NCBI GenBank assembly: GCA_043784965.1
Contig: JAYVXS010000080.1
Coordinates: 1 to 48,855 of the forward strand
Length of the DNA: 48,855 nucleotides
Source: Bdellovibrionales bacterium
GTDB taxonomy: Bacteria; Bdellovibrionota; Bdellovibrionia; Bdellovibrionales; JAMPXM01
Direction of reading: 5' to 3'
Position 1 is the stretch's first letter, and the number at the start of each line of letters is the position of its first letter. The notes beneath the pieces were generated by a model. It saw only the letters and a list, made by a program, of their open reading frames with translations, ran no database searches and had not been told where the DNA came from. A program made the translations under genes and the position numbers. Positions 18,980 through 29,263 of the stretch are shown piece after piece.

Positions 18980-20197
18980 TTAAAATTCTAAATTGAATCC
19001 GGCATTGAGGACCGAGCCAGTAAAATTATATTGTGGATGTACGCCAAGAATTTGCGTGAATTCAAGACTCACTGAAGCATGGTTGACGCCATAATTAGCC
19101 TCCAGCTGGCGGGCAGAGTTGGCATCTAGGCCGTCGACCATGATATTGATGCCGCCGACACCAACGCCGACAGCAGCGCCGGCAAATTTGGGAGTTCGAT
19201 TGTCATCACGAATTTCGCTAAAAACAAAGTATCCGGCACCGCCACCAAAATAAGGGGTCAGTATTTGGCTCTCTGAATATCTCATATGGTAAAGTGCGAC
19301 GATCGTATTTGGTAACATGACAAAGTTAAAGCTCACATCCGGAACCGTCGCTGGATCACGTTCGGGATCGGCCTGGTTAACAAAACGTCCAGAACCATTG
19401 GCAAAGAATACTCCGGTGCCAATGCGAATACCTAGGTCGCCAAAACTTCGATGAAATTGCTTTTCGTAGTCAAATAAAAAGCAGCCGACATACTTATCGG
19501 TATAAAGCTGTTTAAAGGTAGTGCCACTTTTTTGATTTTCTAAATTTGGCGCAGGATACAAGCCAAACTTGATTGAGGCCGAGTAATTGTGCGGACTTTT
19601 TTCATAACCATAGAAAAAATCCCCATTTTTTTTCACTTCGAGTGGCGGGGTGATTTTAAGGGGGCCTTCTTTGCCGTACTGTAGAGGAGTAGTTGCTTGT
19701 TTACTTACGTCCACTTCATCAGTGGCTTTGCTTCTTTCGTAAATATAATTACCGTCGTCATCAATTGATTTCGGTCGATCAATATTTAATGGGATTTGGT
19801 TTCCTGTGGTGCGAGCTGCCTTAGGTTTGCCTAAAAGTTTGGGGGCTTTTTGCTTGATCGGTAGCAGAGTGGCCTTAGGTGTAAAGGGAACCTTCGGCGC
19901 TAAGTTTGTCATAGGTCCTGAGTTCGTCTTAGGTGTTAATTTTGCTTTAGGTTCTATGGTGGGCGTCGGCAAGCTCTCTTCTGTTTTGGCATTTGGATAA
20001 GGAGCTTCTGCCGGTGGAGCTTCCTCTTCGGGCTTCATTTCAACCTCTGGAGTGGTCTGATTGTCTTTTGCCATATGTTCGGCATCTACATTTTCAGAGG
20101 CTTCATTCTGGGCCACAGATTGCGCAATATTTTGTGCTAGACTGATGCTTGAAAAGCAAAAAATATTAAGCAGACAGAGGAGATTTTTAAAATTCAC
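18980..20197 (-). CDS. Outer-membrane beta-barrel protein with Pro/Lys-rich N-terminal linker
   Basis: It has a signal peptide ([21 protein letters not shown]), PK/PT-rich low complexity ([30 protein letters not shown]), a Gly/aromatic-rich C-terminal half and a terminal ..AGFNLEF. It overlaps the upstream gene by 4 bp. Confidence 0.5.
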   Translation of the reverse strand: MNFKNLLCLLNIFCFSSISLAQNIAQSVAQNEASENVDAEHMAKDNQTTPEVEMKPEEEAPPAEAPYPNAKTEESLPTPTIEPKAKLTPKTNSGPMTNLAPKVPFTPKATLLPIKQKAPKLLGKPKAARTTGNQIPLNIDRPKSIDDDGNYIYERSKATDEVDVSKQATTPLQYGKEGPLKITPPLEVKKNGDFFYGYEKSPHNYSASIKFGLYPAPNLENQKSGTTFKQLYTDKYVGCFLFDYEKQFHRSFGDLGIRIGTGVFFANGSGRFVNQADPERDPATVPDVSFNFVMLPNTIVALYHMRYSESQILTPYFGGGAGYFVFSEIRDDNRTPKFAGAAVGVGVGGINIMVDGLDANSARQLEANYGVNHASVSLEFTQILGVHPQYNFTGSVLNAGFNLEF

Positions 20198-21795
20198 CGC
20201 TGACGCCTTTTTCTAGGTGTCGCAGCCGCCAAAGATCTTTTCGCCAAAATAATTTTCAAAAACAACAGAGCTAGTATGATTAGGCTGACAAAAAGTAATG
20301 AGGCGTTGAGGGCACCCATTTTGACTGACAGCGAAGCGAAACCAAGTACTGGCCACAAAGCAAATCGCGTTGCCGTCCTAAGGCTCTCATGGCGTGCAAT
20401 AAATCCGGCAATTTTTGGTGAATAGCGGTAGTAAAGCTCGACGAACGATCGGCCCCAGGCTTTTTTAAGTAAAAAGAGATCTCTGAAGTTGCGAAATGTT
20501 TGCACTTCTGTGGCCATCGACGAGCCATAGGCAGCTGTCGCGATAAAGCAATTGAGATTTTCAGCTAGAATTGCACTTATTTCATCTGGTTTTACGATGT
20601 GGCAGGTTTGATCATCAGCTATGCCCGCTTGATTTTTTATTCCGTAAGCTTTTTGTCCTGGCTTGGGGGCTCGACAATTAGCTGAGTCTTGAGAGGCTTG
20701 CGTCCAGAAGCCGACGTTGCCGGCTTGATCTTCAGCGGCCATTTTAAAATAATATTTATAAGTATTGGTGAGATCACTGATTAGGCGTGTATCGAAATTA
20801 ATGCCACCGGCAGCTCCAGCCGTTGTCGGGACAGATACAACAATACGTTTATAATGTTCAAATGAAGTTTTAGGGTTGATAGTCGCAAATCCACCTCTCT
20901 CATAATACAAACGAATCGCCTGAAAAGTTGTATTACTAAAAGCCGGAAAGCCAGCAGCCGAGTCAACCACTTCAAGTCTGGCACTAGAATCGCCAGAACT
21001 CACATCAAAATAACAAAGTGGCTTATTCGTGGAGCCATCGCAGCCATCATTTAAACTTTGATATGAGGGCAAAGCATTTCTAAATTTCTGTTGAAATACA
21101 ATACTGATACTAATGTAGTCGTCTGAACCAGTGCCAGCAGTTGGTGTTGATGTTGCGACGCCGAGGCTGTTCCCGGTGACAGAAATTCCGAGGCGCATGG
21201 TGATGCTAAATCCATCCAAGGTGGCATTCGGAAAAGTGGCAAATTGCGAAGTTCCGCCAAGGGCTTGAACCAACTGATCCCAGGTGAGGGTCAATTTCAC
21301 CAAGGTATTTGCCGTTACCTTTGTTGAAGCTGAATTAGAAGAAATTAAATTTGCCGGAAAGGGTGTGACGCCAGTGGCGTCGGTGAGTAGACCTATGCCA
21401 GATGCGGTATTAGAGTAAAATTGAAAGGTGATCAGTGTCCCAGGTAGAACTTGAGCTTCATTGCAGGCAACTAAGGCCGCGTCTCCCGTGGTGCCATCGG
21501 GAATATTGGCGTACTTACAGGTATCGCAGGTGCCATTGGTCACGCCATTTGTTGAACATTGGCCAGAGTCACCGGCGGCACCGCCGTAAATAATATAGGT
21601 TCCAACAGTAGCGGGTGGAGCGGGAGGTGCTCCTGGAGTCGTCGGCGTGGGCGCCGTAGTTGCCGCAGTAAAGCCAGAATGTTTAGATACCCCGGTGGGA
21701 GCCAAAATTTGAATGGCTGCCAAAACTGAATGGTTACAGAGAATGACGAGGACAAAAATTAGTGATGATGCAATACTTTTTAGACGGGATCTCAT
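20194..21795 (-). CDS. Secreted/surface protein with C-terminal [10 protein letters not shown] (CFI-box-like) domain, TM helix and basic tail
   Basis: It has a signal peptide, a Thr/Pro linker and a Cys-containing N-terminal module. The C-terminus reads [29 protein letters not shown]...[12 protein letters not shown]..., followed by a hydrophobic helix [18 protein letters not shown] and RKRRQR. The motif name is from my recollection of the CFI-box C-terminal domain family. Confidence 0.55.
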   Translation of the reverse strand: MRSRLKSIASSLIFVLVILCNHSVLAAIQILAPTGVSKHSGFTAATTAPTPTTPGAPPAPPATVGTYIIYGGAAGDSGQCSTNGVTNGTCDTCKYANIPDGTTGDAALVACNEAQVLPGTLITFQFYSNTASGIGLLTDATGVTPFPANLISSNSASTKVTANTLVKLTLTWDQLVQALGGTSQFATFPNATLDGFSITMRLGISVTGNSLGVATSTPTAGTGSDDYISISIVFQQKFRNALPSYQSLNDGCDGSTNKPLCYFDVSSGDSSARLEVVDSAAGFPAFSNTTFQAIRLYYERGGFATINPKTSFEHYKRIVVSVPTTAGAAGGINFDTRLISDLTNTYKYYFKMAAEDQAGNVGFWTQASQDSANCRAPKPGQKAYGIKNQAGIADDQTCHIVKPDEISAILAENLNCFIATAAYGSSMATEVQTFRNFRDLFLLKKAWGRSFVELYYRYSPKIAGFIARHESLRTATRFALWPVLGFASLSVKMGALNASLLFVSLIILALLFLKIILAKRSLAAATPRKRRQR

Positions 21796-21833
21796 ATCTT
21801 AAATTGGAGCACCTTCCCGTCCAGATGTCAAAA

Positions 21834-22011
21834 CGCGAGTTCATTGAGAGAAAAGCGCAACTGCTTGTTATCCTTTGAAAATACTTCAGCAGAATTCGAA
21901 ATGTTGCATTCGCCGTAGCGCCGGAGATACGACTCCGCGACATTTTGAATTTTGCTTCGTCTTTTCAAAGGCTTCCTTCGCATTTGCAGCTTTTCTCTCA
22001 TTGAGCTCGCG
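21834..22011. repeat. 178-bp rod-like imperfect palindrome filling the asd / CFI-box-gene intergenic region (MITE/ERIC-like or structured RNA)
   Basis: Nested complementary arms are: 21834-21856 with 21989-22011 (23 bp, 1 mismatch, 1 G-T); 21857-21860 with 21984-21987; 21872-21881 with 21962-21971 (10 bp perfect); 21888-21903 with 21941-21956; and apical cggag/ctccg (21922-21926 with 21933-21937). Confidence 0.6.
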
Positions 22012-22026
22012 TTAAAAATATCCGGA

Positions 22027-23109
22027 TTAGAGACCAAAAAGCTGTTCTGCTATTTGAATGCCGTTGAGAGCAGCACCTTTTCGTAAATTGTCGGCGACAA
22101 CCCACATCATCCAAGTGTCTCGCGACTCAAACTCCGAATGAATTCGCCCTATATAGACCGCGTCTTTTCCGGAGGCGAAACTCGGTGTCGGATATTTTTC
22201 TGGGCTATTGAGAGACAAAACTTCAATACCCGCAGCTTCAGCAAGACATAGTTCAATTTCATGTTGGCTCAGGTCCTTTTTCTTAAGCGTGACCCAAACA
22301 GCCTCTGCATGCGAATTTAGGGTCGGTACGCGCACAGTAAATGCAGAAATTCTCAATTCCATTTGCCTTAGAATTTTTTTGCTTTCAAAAATTATTTTTC
22401 GCTCTTCGCCACAAAAGCCACTGTCATCAAAATCGCCAATCTGCGGAATTGAATTGAAGGCAATATTTTTCGGAAAAATTTTAGCCGTCGCTGAAATTGA
22501 ACCTGAATTTGAGCTATCATCTCTAAGACGTGTCAACTCATGACTCGTATTTTCTACCAGCTCGCTCATGCCATCTCGGCCAGCCCCACTAACCGATTGG
22601 TAACTGGCGACTCTTACGGACTCAATGCCGTATTTTTTTTGCAGTGGAGCCAGCGCTACCACCAACTGAATGGTCGAACAATTTGGATTTACAATGATTG
22701 TCGGTTTTGCTGCGTTTTTCAGAAGTAGATCGCCATTCACCTCAGGCACGACGAGATCAAAAGCCTCATCCATTCGAAAAGCTGAAGAATTATCAACTGC
22801 ATAGGCGCCATTTGCGACCGCAATAGGAGCCCATTTCTTACTAATTTCTTCTCCGGCCGAGAAAAAAACAATATCGAGCCCTTGAAAACAAGAGTCTTGC
22901 AGTACGTTGATAGGATATTCTATGGCGTTGAGCGTTCGAGTCATTCCGAGTGACGCATCACTGGCAAACAACTTCAAATCGCCAAATGGGAATTTACGTT
23001 CTTGTAAAAGTGCGATGAAGGTTTCACCAACGACGCCGGTGGCGCCAACAACACCAACATTTATTCTTTTTATTTGCGTATTTACTATTCTTTCTGCTTG
23101 CGTACTCAA
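22027..23109 (-). CDS. asd: Aspartate-semialdehyde dehydrogenase
   Basis: It has the NAD-binding VGVVGATGVVG, the active-site NPNCSTIQLV, and ..SGAG.. and ..RVP..N.H.. blocks typical of Asd. Confidence 0.92.
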   Translation of the reverse strand: MSTQAERIVNTQIKRINVGVVGATGVVGETFIALLQERKFPFGDLKLFASDASLGMTRTLNAIEYPINVLQDSCFQGLDIVFFSAGEEISKKWAPIAVANGAYAVDNSSAFRMDEAFDLVVPEVNGDLLLKNAAKPTIIVNPNCSTIQLVVALAPLQKKYGIESVRVASYQSVSGAGRDGMSELVENTSHELTRLRDDSSNSGSISATAKIFPKNIAFNSIPQIGDFDDSGFCGEERKIIFESKKILRQMELRISAFTVRVPTLNSHAEAVWVTLKKKDLSQHEIELCLAEAAGIEVLSLNSPEKYPTPSFASGKDAVYIGRIHSEFESRDTWMMWVVADNLRKGAALNGIQIAEQLFGL

Positions 23110-23978
23110 TCGTGCTCCTCGTCCGTTCGTATACCGCTATTAGAGATTTCACCGTCTAAGTGTTCATCTGCTATTTCTTCGTGCAAGTCATCCTCGATAC
23201 TTGAACTTATTGGCTTGGGATGAGGGTGTTTACCAATTTTAAGAACTCCAAAGACAGCTCCCATTACGGCATAGCTCATAAAAAGTAAAAAGAGCATAAC
23301 TTCAGGTTTAGTTGCAATGATAAAAACCAAGGCAACACCAATCACAAGATACCAAAAGGGTTTGCGTCCCTTTAAATCAATATCTTTAAAACTTCTATAA
23401 CGAAAATTACTGACCATTACAAAGGCGAGCAAAATTGTCATTGCAAGTAGATAATATGAGCGGCTTGCCTCGATATCGAGTTCGGTAAATGCAAGGACTG
23501 AACTGGCTACAATTCCACCAGCCATGGGAATGGGAAGCCCTTGAAAGTAATTTTTTTCAATGACGTTGGCTTGTACATTGAAACGAGCCAGTCTTAAAGC
23601 GCCACAACATGCAAAGAGAAAGCTAGCGAGCCAGCCGATGCGGCCAAAGGGTTGAAGAGCCCAAAGATAAAGTAAAATACCCGGCGCGACACCAAAGCTC
23701 ACGAGATCACAGAGCGAATCATATTCGGCTCCGAATTGGCTCGTCGAATGGGTGATTCGTGCTACCCGCCCATCGAGCAAGTCAAAAACCGCAGCGCCGA
23801 CGATCGCGTAGGCGGCGTGGGTAAAATCTTGCTGAATGGATAACACAATGGCGACAAATCCAAAGAACATATTTCCGGTTGTGAGTAGGTTAGGTAAGAC
23901 GTAAATATGCATACTAACCCGTTGTCTGATGCGCCTGGTACTCGCCCGTACAGCTTCAATTCTTTTTTCACTTACCAT
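23106..23978 (-). CDS. pssA: CDP-diacylglycerol--serine O-phosphatidyltransferase
   Basis: The CDP-alcohol phosphatidyltransferase motif is present as DLLDGRVAR....SQFGAEYDSLCDLVSFGVAP. The family-like start is MVSEKRIE... at 23978. The longest ORF (to 24059) would overlap the upstream gene by 55 nt. There is a 4-bp overlap with asd. Confidence 0.88.
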   Translation of the reverse strand: MVSEKRIEAVRASTRRIRQRVSMHIYVLPNLLTTGNMFFGFVAIVLSIQQDFTHAAYAIVGAAVFDLLDGRVARITHSTSQFGAEYDSLCDLVSFGVAPGILLYLWALQPFGRIGWLASFLFACCGALRLARFNVQANVIEKNYFQGLPIPMAGGIVASSVLAFTELDIEASRSYYLLAMTILLAFVMVSNFRYRSFKDIDLKGRKPFWYLVIGVALVFIIATKPEVMLFLLFMSYAVMGAVFGVLKIGKHPHPKPISSSIEDDLHEEIADEHLDGEISNSGIRTDEEHD

Positions 23979-24004
23979 AATATGCCTCAAAAGATGACTT
24001 AAAT

Positions 24005-24688
24005 TTAAATGCCAAATCCACCAAAGAGATAGAATAAAACCGACAGGAATAAAGCACAAAGAACTGGAAATGTAAAATTATCATCGAGTTTTCCGATCGG
24101 AACAAGCTCGCTAAGGGCACCAATCACTCCTGAGAGTGGACTCACGATAAAGAGGCGCTCAATCATAATGTTGTTTTGGTAGTAATATATTGCCGAAATT
24201 ATACAACAAACAATGAATGCTGCGCCAGTGCCTTGCAAAGTTTTTTGACGGACGATTCGATCTCGACCAAAGCGAATTCCAAAATAACTGGCGAGCGGAT
24301 CAGCAAAGGCGAGAAACAATAGGCTTAAAATTACAATGTGAGGCGAGAAAAAAAGCAAAATCAGCCCACCGGCAAATAGATAGGTTGTCCCGGACAAGGC
24401 ATCGAACTCATTTTTTCTCATGCACCAGCCGAAGGTTTTAAAAACTATGGCATTGAGGCGCCGAGATCTTTGGCGGAGCAGATCAAGCGGTAAAATAATT
24501 GAAATAAGAGGCAGCAAAATGTGCAGAGAAGTCTGTTTTCCAAAATAAGCATAAATCAGTGCCATTAACGAGACGCCACAAATATGCCAAATTTTTCTTG
24601 GTAAATGAAGGTCTTCTCTGCCCTTTAAATGCATTGAATGAAACTGTAAAGTTTGGCGCTGTTCTTCAAACAACTTATTTTCAATCAT
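24005..24688 (-). CDS. CTP-dependent polyprenol/diacylglycerol kinase family membrane protein (COG0170, dolichol/phytol kinase-like)
   Basis: This 227-aa polytopic protein carries LPRKIWHI, an ..E..LSG.TY.. block and AFADPLASYFGIRFG....KTLQGTGA, matching the CdsA/SEC59-like cytidylyltransferase superfamily. It lies directly upstream of pssA. Confidence 0.6.
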   Translation of the reverse strand: MIENKLFEEQRQTLQFHSMHLKGREDLHLPRKIWHICGVSLMALIYAYFGKQTSLHILLPLISIILPLDLLRQRSRRLNAIVFKTFGWCMRKNEFDALSGTTYLFAGGLILLFFSPHIVILSLLFLAFADPLASYFGIRFGRDRIVRQKTLQGTGAAFIVCCIISAIYYYQNNIMIERLFIVSPLSGVIGALSELVPIGKLDDNFTFPVLCALFLSVLFYLFGGFGI

Positions 24689-24727
24689 CTTGTTGTCCTT
24701 CTACCTTGTTGTCCTTCTACCTTGTTG
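24689..24727. repeat. 2.4 copies of a 16-bp tandem repeat abutting the start codon of the 24005-24688 gene
   Basis: cttgttgtccttctac occurs at 24689-24704 and 24705-24720, then cttgttg follows. On the coding strand each unit carries GAAGGA (SD-like) 7 nt before the unit end or the ATG. Confidence 0.85.
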
Positions 24728-24983
24728 AGACAATCTAATCACGGCTTTGGCGATGGCGCCATTGCCAATAATCAGGACCTAAAAATGGCACTTTTGATGC
24801 CAGCCTTTATACAGCCCAAATATCTGGAATAACTAATTAAAATGCTTTTGTCCAGGCCCGTGTTGCAAGTGCGCCCAATGGGCAGGACAGTCATGCAGAA
24901 TTTCACCCGCTAAAGCTCCAAAAATCGAGAGGAATTTGAGCTCCTGTGCTTGATATTTGCAAGCTATTCTATTGGGAGAGCTT

Positions 24984-25811
24984 ATGTCGCATTTAAACCT
25001 CAAAACGCAAGTTCGCCGAGCAAGGTTGAGTTGCCAACTTTTGGTTTTTTTAATGTTGGCCGTACCCAAAGTAATGGCAGCTAGCTTTGACAGAAACTAC
25101 GATCAGCACCCAGGTTATCTTTCTAGTGTAAAAAATGAAATCGATGATGAGGGCGTTGAAATCGCCTTTATCGGCAAACCTAGCGCGACTTCCATTCCAC
25201 TCAAAGAAAAGATTTTTAATTCTGAAATATCAAAAGAATTTAAGGATCGTTACGAAGATAAATTTGGCAGGACCGAGCCAGAGCGCGTTTATAATTCACC
25301 TAATAAACAAACCTATTACGATGATCTCTATACATTGCAAGGGACTCCAGCCCAGGTGGCTGACCAAAAGCGCGATTTCGGAAATTATATGATGGCAAGG
25401 TTAGTTGAATATCATACTGATAACTATTTGAAGAGTGATCCCGCGATGCGACCCGTTTACGAGGCTAAGGAACGTTTGAGCCAGGTAAAAGTGGAGGTTG
25501 ATCAAGTGAAATTTGATGCGAAATATTCGCTCGCGGCAAATTTAATTGATCTAAGAGCTAGGGCGCCGTGGTTTGACACTAAAATTACTCTTGGTACTAA
25601 TGAGAAACTAGTTTCAGTGACGCGAACGCAAAGTCCATCAATTGGATTCGAGGCGCGATACCTCGCTATTGACCAAAAAATAGCTGGAATCGTAACTAAA
25701 AGATTGAGCAAATCTTTGGTCACGAGCTTTACCGCTTCATCCTGCACCGGGGAGTCAACAAGCTCAGTGCGAGAAACTCTTTATTTATCAGGTTTGACAC
25801 TCTTATTTTAA
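24984..25811 (+). CDS. Secreted hypothetical protein
   Basis: The likely start is ATG 24984, with GGAGAG 4 nt upstream. The signal peptide is MSHLNLKTQVRRARLSCQLLVFLMLAVPKVMA and the C-terminus ends ..LTLLF. I recognise no family. Confidence 0.45.
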   Translation: MSHLNLKTQVRRARLSCQLLVFLMLAVPKVMAASFDRNYDQHPGYLSSVKNEIDDEGVEIAFIGKPSATSIPLKEKIFNSEISKEFKDRYEDKFGRTEPERVYNSPNKQTYYDDLYTLQGTPAQVADQKRDFGNYMMARLVEYHTDNYLKSDPAMRPVYEAKERLSQVKVEVDQVKFDAKYSLAANLIDLRARAPWFDTKITLGTNEKLVSVTRTQSPSIGFEARYLAIDQKIAGIVTKRLSKSLVTSFTASSCTGESTSSVRETLYLSGLTLLF

Positions 25812-25835
25812 CTCAGTAACAGACAGGCCGTTTGT

Positions 25836-26816
25836 TTACTTGTTTACCGTGCTCATATCTTGGTAACGATCGCCATGGGCGAATCCGCTCGGCAGCAACT
25901 CATCAATTTGTTGGAGCTCGCGCAGAGTCAACTCAATTTCAACCGAGGCGGCATTCTCTTCTAAGCGAGAAGTTGTTTTAGTTCCAGGGATCGGAACAAT
26001 GTCTTCACCTTGAGCCAGTACCCAGGCTAGTGCTAGCTGCGCAGGGGTCACCTCTTTCGCTTCGGCCAGTGCTTCAATGTGTTTTACGAGCAGTAAATTC
26101 TTTTCAAAATTTTCACCTTGAAAGCGGGGATGATTTCTTCTCGCGTCGTCTTCGGGCAAATCATTCGGCGATCGGTACTGACCAGTTAGAAAGCCTCTCC
26201 CTAGAGGGCTATAAGATACAAAGCCGATGTCGAGTTCACGGACAACATTCAATATTTCAGTCTCTACATCTCTAGTCCAAAGCGAATATTCTGTTTGTAA
26301 TACGGAGAGAGGAAAGGTTTTGTGCGCCTTTCGAATGGTCAATGGAGCCGCCTCGGATAGGCCTAAATATAAAACTTTACCCGCGTGTACAAGATCGCTC
26401 ATGGCACCGACGGTCTCTTCTATTGGCACACTAGTGTCGACACGATGCTGATAGTAGAGATCTATATGGTCGACCCGCAAACGCTTGAGTGATTCATCAC
26501 AGCACTTTCTAACATAGTCAGGGCGGCCGTTTAGGCCTTGAAACTTGCCATCTGGCGCTCTCATAACGCCAAATTTAGTCGCAATGACTAGGTTTTTTCT
26601 TTTTGTTCGAATGGCTTGGCCAATTAAAATTTCATTGGTGTGAGGCCCATATATATCTGAGGTATCCAGAAAATTGACTCCGAGCTCAAGGGCTCGATGA
26701 ATAGTTGCGATTGACTCTTTGTCGTCTCGACCCGAATAAAAATCAGACATCCCCATGCAGCCTAAGCCGATGCGAGATACCTTTAGACCTTGATTCCCAA
26801 GATGAATTTGCTTCAT
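25836..26816 (-). CDS. Aldo/keto reductase (Tas/YajO-like NADP-dependent oxidoreductase)
   Basis: [38 protein letters not shown] and PIPGT.. are conserved AKR blocks. Confidence 0.9.
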   Translation of the reverse strand: MKQIHLGNQGLKVSRIGLGCMGMSDFYSGRDDKESIATIHRALELGVNFLDTSDIYGPHTNEILIGQAIRTKRKNLVIATKFGVMRAPDGKFQGLNGRPDYVRKCCDESLKRLRVDHIDLYYQHRVDTSVPIEETVGAMSDLVHAGKVLYLGLSEAAPLTIRKAHKTFPLSVLQTEYSLWTRDVETEILNVVRELDIGFVSYSPLGRGFLTGQYRSPNDLPEDDARRNHPRFQGENFEKNLLLVKHIEALAEAKEVTPAQLALAWVLAQGEDIVPIPGTKTTSRLEENAASVEIELTLRELQQIDELLPSGFAHGDRYQDMSTVNK

Positions 26817-26839
26817 TTAGCTCCCTTTTTGACGGAGTA

Positions 26840-27349
26840 TTAGTGTGCTGGAGTTTTTGCAATAGTACGAGTGAAAATGTATTCTTGTTGGCTAGTTTGA
26901 TGTTCTGAATTAGCTAAAACAATTTTCAAACGGTTTGGCCCTTCCTTAAGTGCAATGAAGTCTGAGGTTTGTTTTTCATGATTTAGCTCAAAAATAGTGG
27001 CTTGATAAGAGTTGGTTTCGTTAACGATGCTAGATATTCTGTAGTCATCATCATTTGCACAGGCTTCGTAGTGGATACGTAATTGCCTTGCATCCCCGGC
27101 ATCAATTTGAAAAATTTTGCGCTTACAGTTGATTTTGAAGTTTAAAACTTCATCAGCAACTTCAAGAATTGCATGATTGCTTGAGGGTACATTACTGGCG
27201 CCTGCGGGCAGCCTTGATTTTTGAGCCATTGCCATGGCCTTTAAGACTGTCGAAGGTGGCCTTAGAAATAATTTGCTCTCAATGGCACCCAGAGCAATGA
27301 CCAACCCAAGCGTCCAGCCAATAATTTTCTTTTGCGTATACTCATTCAA
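26840..27349 (-). CDS. Hypothetical membrane-anchored/secreted protein
   Basis: 169-aa ORF with an N-terminal hydrophobic segment (IIGWTLGLVIALGAI). I recognise no motif. Confidence 0.4.
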   Translation of the reverse strand: MNEYTQKKIIGWTLGLVIALGAIESKLFLRPPSTVLKAMAMAQKSRLPAGASNVPSSNHAILEVADEVLNFKINCKRKIFQIDAGDARQLRIHYEACANDDDYRISSIVNETNSYQATIFELNHEKQTSDFIALKEGPNRLKIVLANSEHQTSQQEYIFTRTIAKTPAH

Positions 27350-27523
27350 GATTCAAGATCTCCAAAGCTTCTCTTTAAGCGGCCCTTGGAATATAAACGG
27401 CGCCGTGGAATTTGCTCCAATTGATCACTGTATTCCAATGGACGTCTAATGAGTCCGTTAAGGACCTTTCGGCTGTTTTGAATTGATGAGTGAGTCGAAA
27501 ATCAAGGCGGGGCCAGCGCCCAG

Positions 27524-28138
27524 CTATTTTTTAGACTTCGGTAAGATTTCTGCGGCCGATTTCGAAATATTTGCATTGATTGAGATGCTGCGGTTGGGGC
27601 CCTTCATTTTGTCTGAGGTACGAAGCTCAGAATCACGAATTTTTTCGACCAAAGTCTTAAAGTTTGCATTGGTAGAAACCTCGGGTCTAACTTCGCTCAA
27701 AAAATTGTCGAGAATTACAAGATAGGTTTCCTCAAACTTAACATTTATATTTTGCCCCTTTAGTCCGGTGCAGGCTTCGCTCACAATATCAGTGAGGGCC
27801 TGATCGAGAGAGTTCAAATCATTGAGCTCTTGTCGAAGCTTGTTAAATAATTTTGATCTGGCACCATCTTGGTCGGGACGGGATAGCACGATGCGCATTC
27901 CGTCGCGCAGAGCAGAAACCGCTTCTGGCTCGGCAAAAATTTCACCTTTTTCGTTAACTTCAACTTCTTGCTTGCCCTGTATGTCCTGGGCTTTCTTAAT
28001 TTTTTTACGAACTATTGCGCTATACTGCTCGGCATTTTTGAGCAGTAATTCAGCAGCGGTAATTTCAAGCCTGGCCTCTGCCCAGTGGCTAGTAAATAAA
28101 AACATAAGGGCTGCCAGAATTAATCTTTTTTGTCTCAT
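27524..28138 (-). CDS. Hypothetical secreted, predominantly helical protein
   Basis: 204-aa ORF with signal peptide MRQKRLILAALMFLFTSHWAEA and a charged helical composition. I recognise no family. Confidence 0.4.
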   Translation of the reverse strand: MRQKRLILAALMFLFTSHWAEARLEITAAELLLKNAEQYSAIVRKKIKKAQDIQGKQEVEVNEKGEIFAEPEAVSALRDGMRIVLSRPDQDGARSKLFNKLRQELNDLNSLDQALTDIVSEACTGLKGQNINVKFEETYLVILDNFLSEVRPEVSTNANFKTLVEKIRDSELRTSDKMKGPNRSISINANISKSAAEILPKSKK

Positions 28139-28341
28139 AGTAAAATACTAGCAACGAGCGATCGGAGGGGCAACAAAGACGAACGGAACTGGACTTTCCC
28201 ACCTCCTTTAATGCAAAACTTTCTTGCTCGGCCAAGATGCAACGGGTTAGACACGCTCTTTATTTGGCAGAGGACTAGTCGTATGGCAGTATCTTCTTCT
28301 GAAGTTATTAAGTATTAAATGTTTTGAACACGGAGGATGAC

Positions 28342-29121
28342 TTGAAAAAGTTTAGTATGTCTTTTGGATTTACATTGATCGCATTGGCCCTCTCTGCCTG
28401 CGCCCCGTCTGCTACGCAACTAAAAAAGGTAATGGAGGATAATCCCGACATTATGTTCAGCGTGATCGAGAAAAATCCAGATAAATTTATGAAAGTTGTT
28501 AATGAGGCAGCTCAAAAAGCTCGCCAAGTTGAAGAGCAAAGGGTTCAAGAAGATGAGTTGAAGGCACGTGAAGAAGAATACAAAAATCCGAAAAAGCCGG
28601 TGATTGGCGACAACCGCGCCATGAAAGGAAACAAAGCGGCGAAAGTCACAATCGTAGAGTATTCAGACTTTCAATGTCCTTACTGTACGCGTGGGCATGC
28701 GACAATGAAGAGGGTTTTGGAAGAGTACTCAGATAAGGTTAGAATTGTTTATAAACAGGCCCCTATCGTACGTATTCACCCGAATGCAATGATTGCGTCT
28801 CAATACTATGAGGCCATTGCAATTAAACAGCCCGATAAGGCGAACGTTTTTCATGATTATGTATTTGAACACCAGCAGGATCTAACAGAAAAAGGCGAAG
28901 CCTTTTTAAAAGCTGCAGTTAAGAAGTTGGGTCTTAAGGTAACTGATAAAGATGTACAAAGTGATGAAGTGAAAAAGCGCATCGAAGAAGACCAAAAAGA
29001 ATTTGAAAAATTTGGATTCAGCGGGACTCCAGGTTATTTAGTGAATGGAATTTCATTAAAGGGCGCTTATCCATTTGAAGAGTTTAAAAAGATTATTGAA
29101 CGCCAATTAAAGGGTTCGTAA
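28342..29121 (+). CDS. DsbA-family thiol:disulfide oxidoreductase lipoprotein
   Basis: It has a thioredoxin-fold CPYC active site (YSDFQCPYCTR) and lipobox LALSAC. The preferred start is TTG 28342, with GGAGGA 5 nt upstream, giving MKKFSMSFGF... The ORF track starts at 28324. Confidence 0.8.
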   Translation: MKKFSMSFGFTLIALALSACAPSATQLKKVMEDNPDIMFSVIEKNPDKFMKVVNEAAQKARQVEEQRVQEDELKAREEEYKNPKKPVIGDNRAMKGNKAAKVTIVEYSDFQCPYCTRGHATMKRVLEEYSDKVRIVYKQAPIVRIHPNAMIASQYYEAIAIKQPDKANVFHDYVFEHQQDLTEKGEAFLKAAVKKLGLKVTDKDVQSDEVKKRIEEDQKEFEKFGFSGTPGYLVNGISLKGAYPFEEFKKIIERQLKGS

Positions 29122-29174
29122 ATCCAGGACTAACTAACGATATCGGTTTTTTCTAAAAAATAGATTTTATTTAA

Positions 29175-29198
29175 GGGGCCTTTTGGGTCCCTTTTTTT
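29175..29198 (+). terminator. Rho-independent terminator downstream of the DsbA-like gene
   Basis: GGGGCCttttGGGTCCC forms the stem-loop and is followed by TTTTTTT. Confidence 0.7.
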
Positions 29199-29263
29199 GT
29201 CTTCTGGACTACCAATACTTCTCTGGTGACGAAGCATGAAAAAGAGTCTAAGATCGCCATATT

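Noticed and set aside
24833-25069. 78-aa minus-strand ORF
   Set aside because: It overlaps the 5' end and signal-peptide region of the better-supported plus-strand gene at 24984-25811. It has no RBS or motif.
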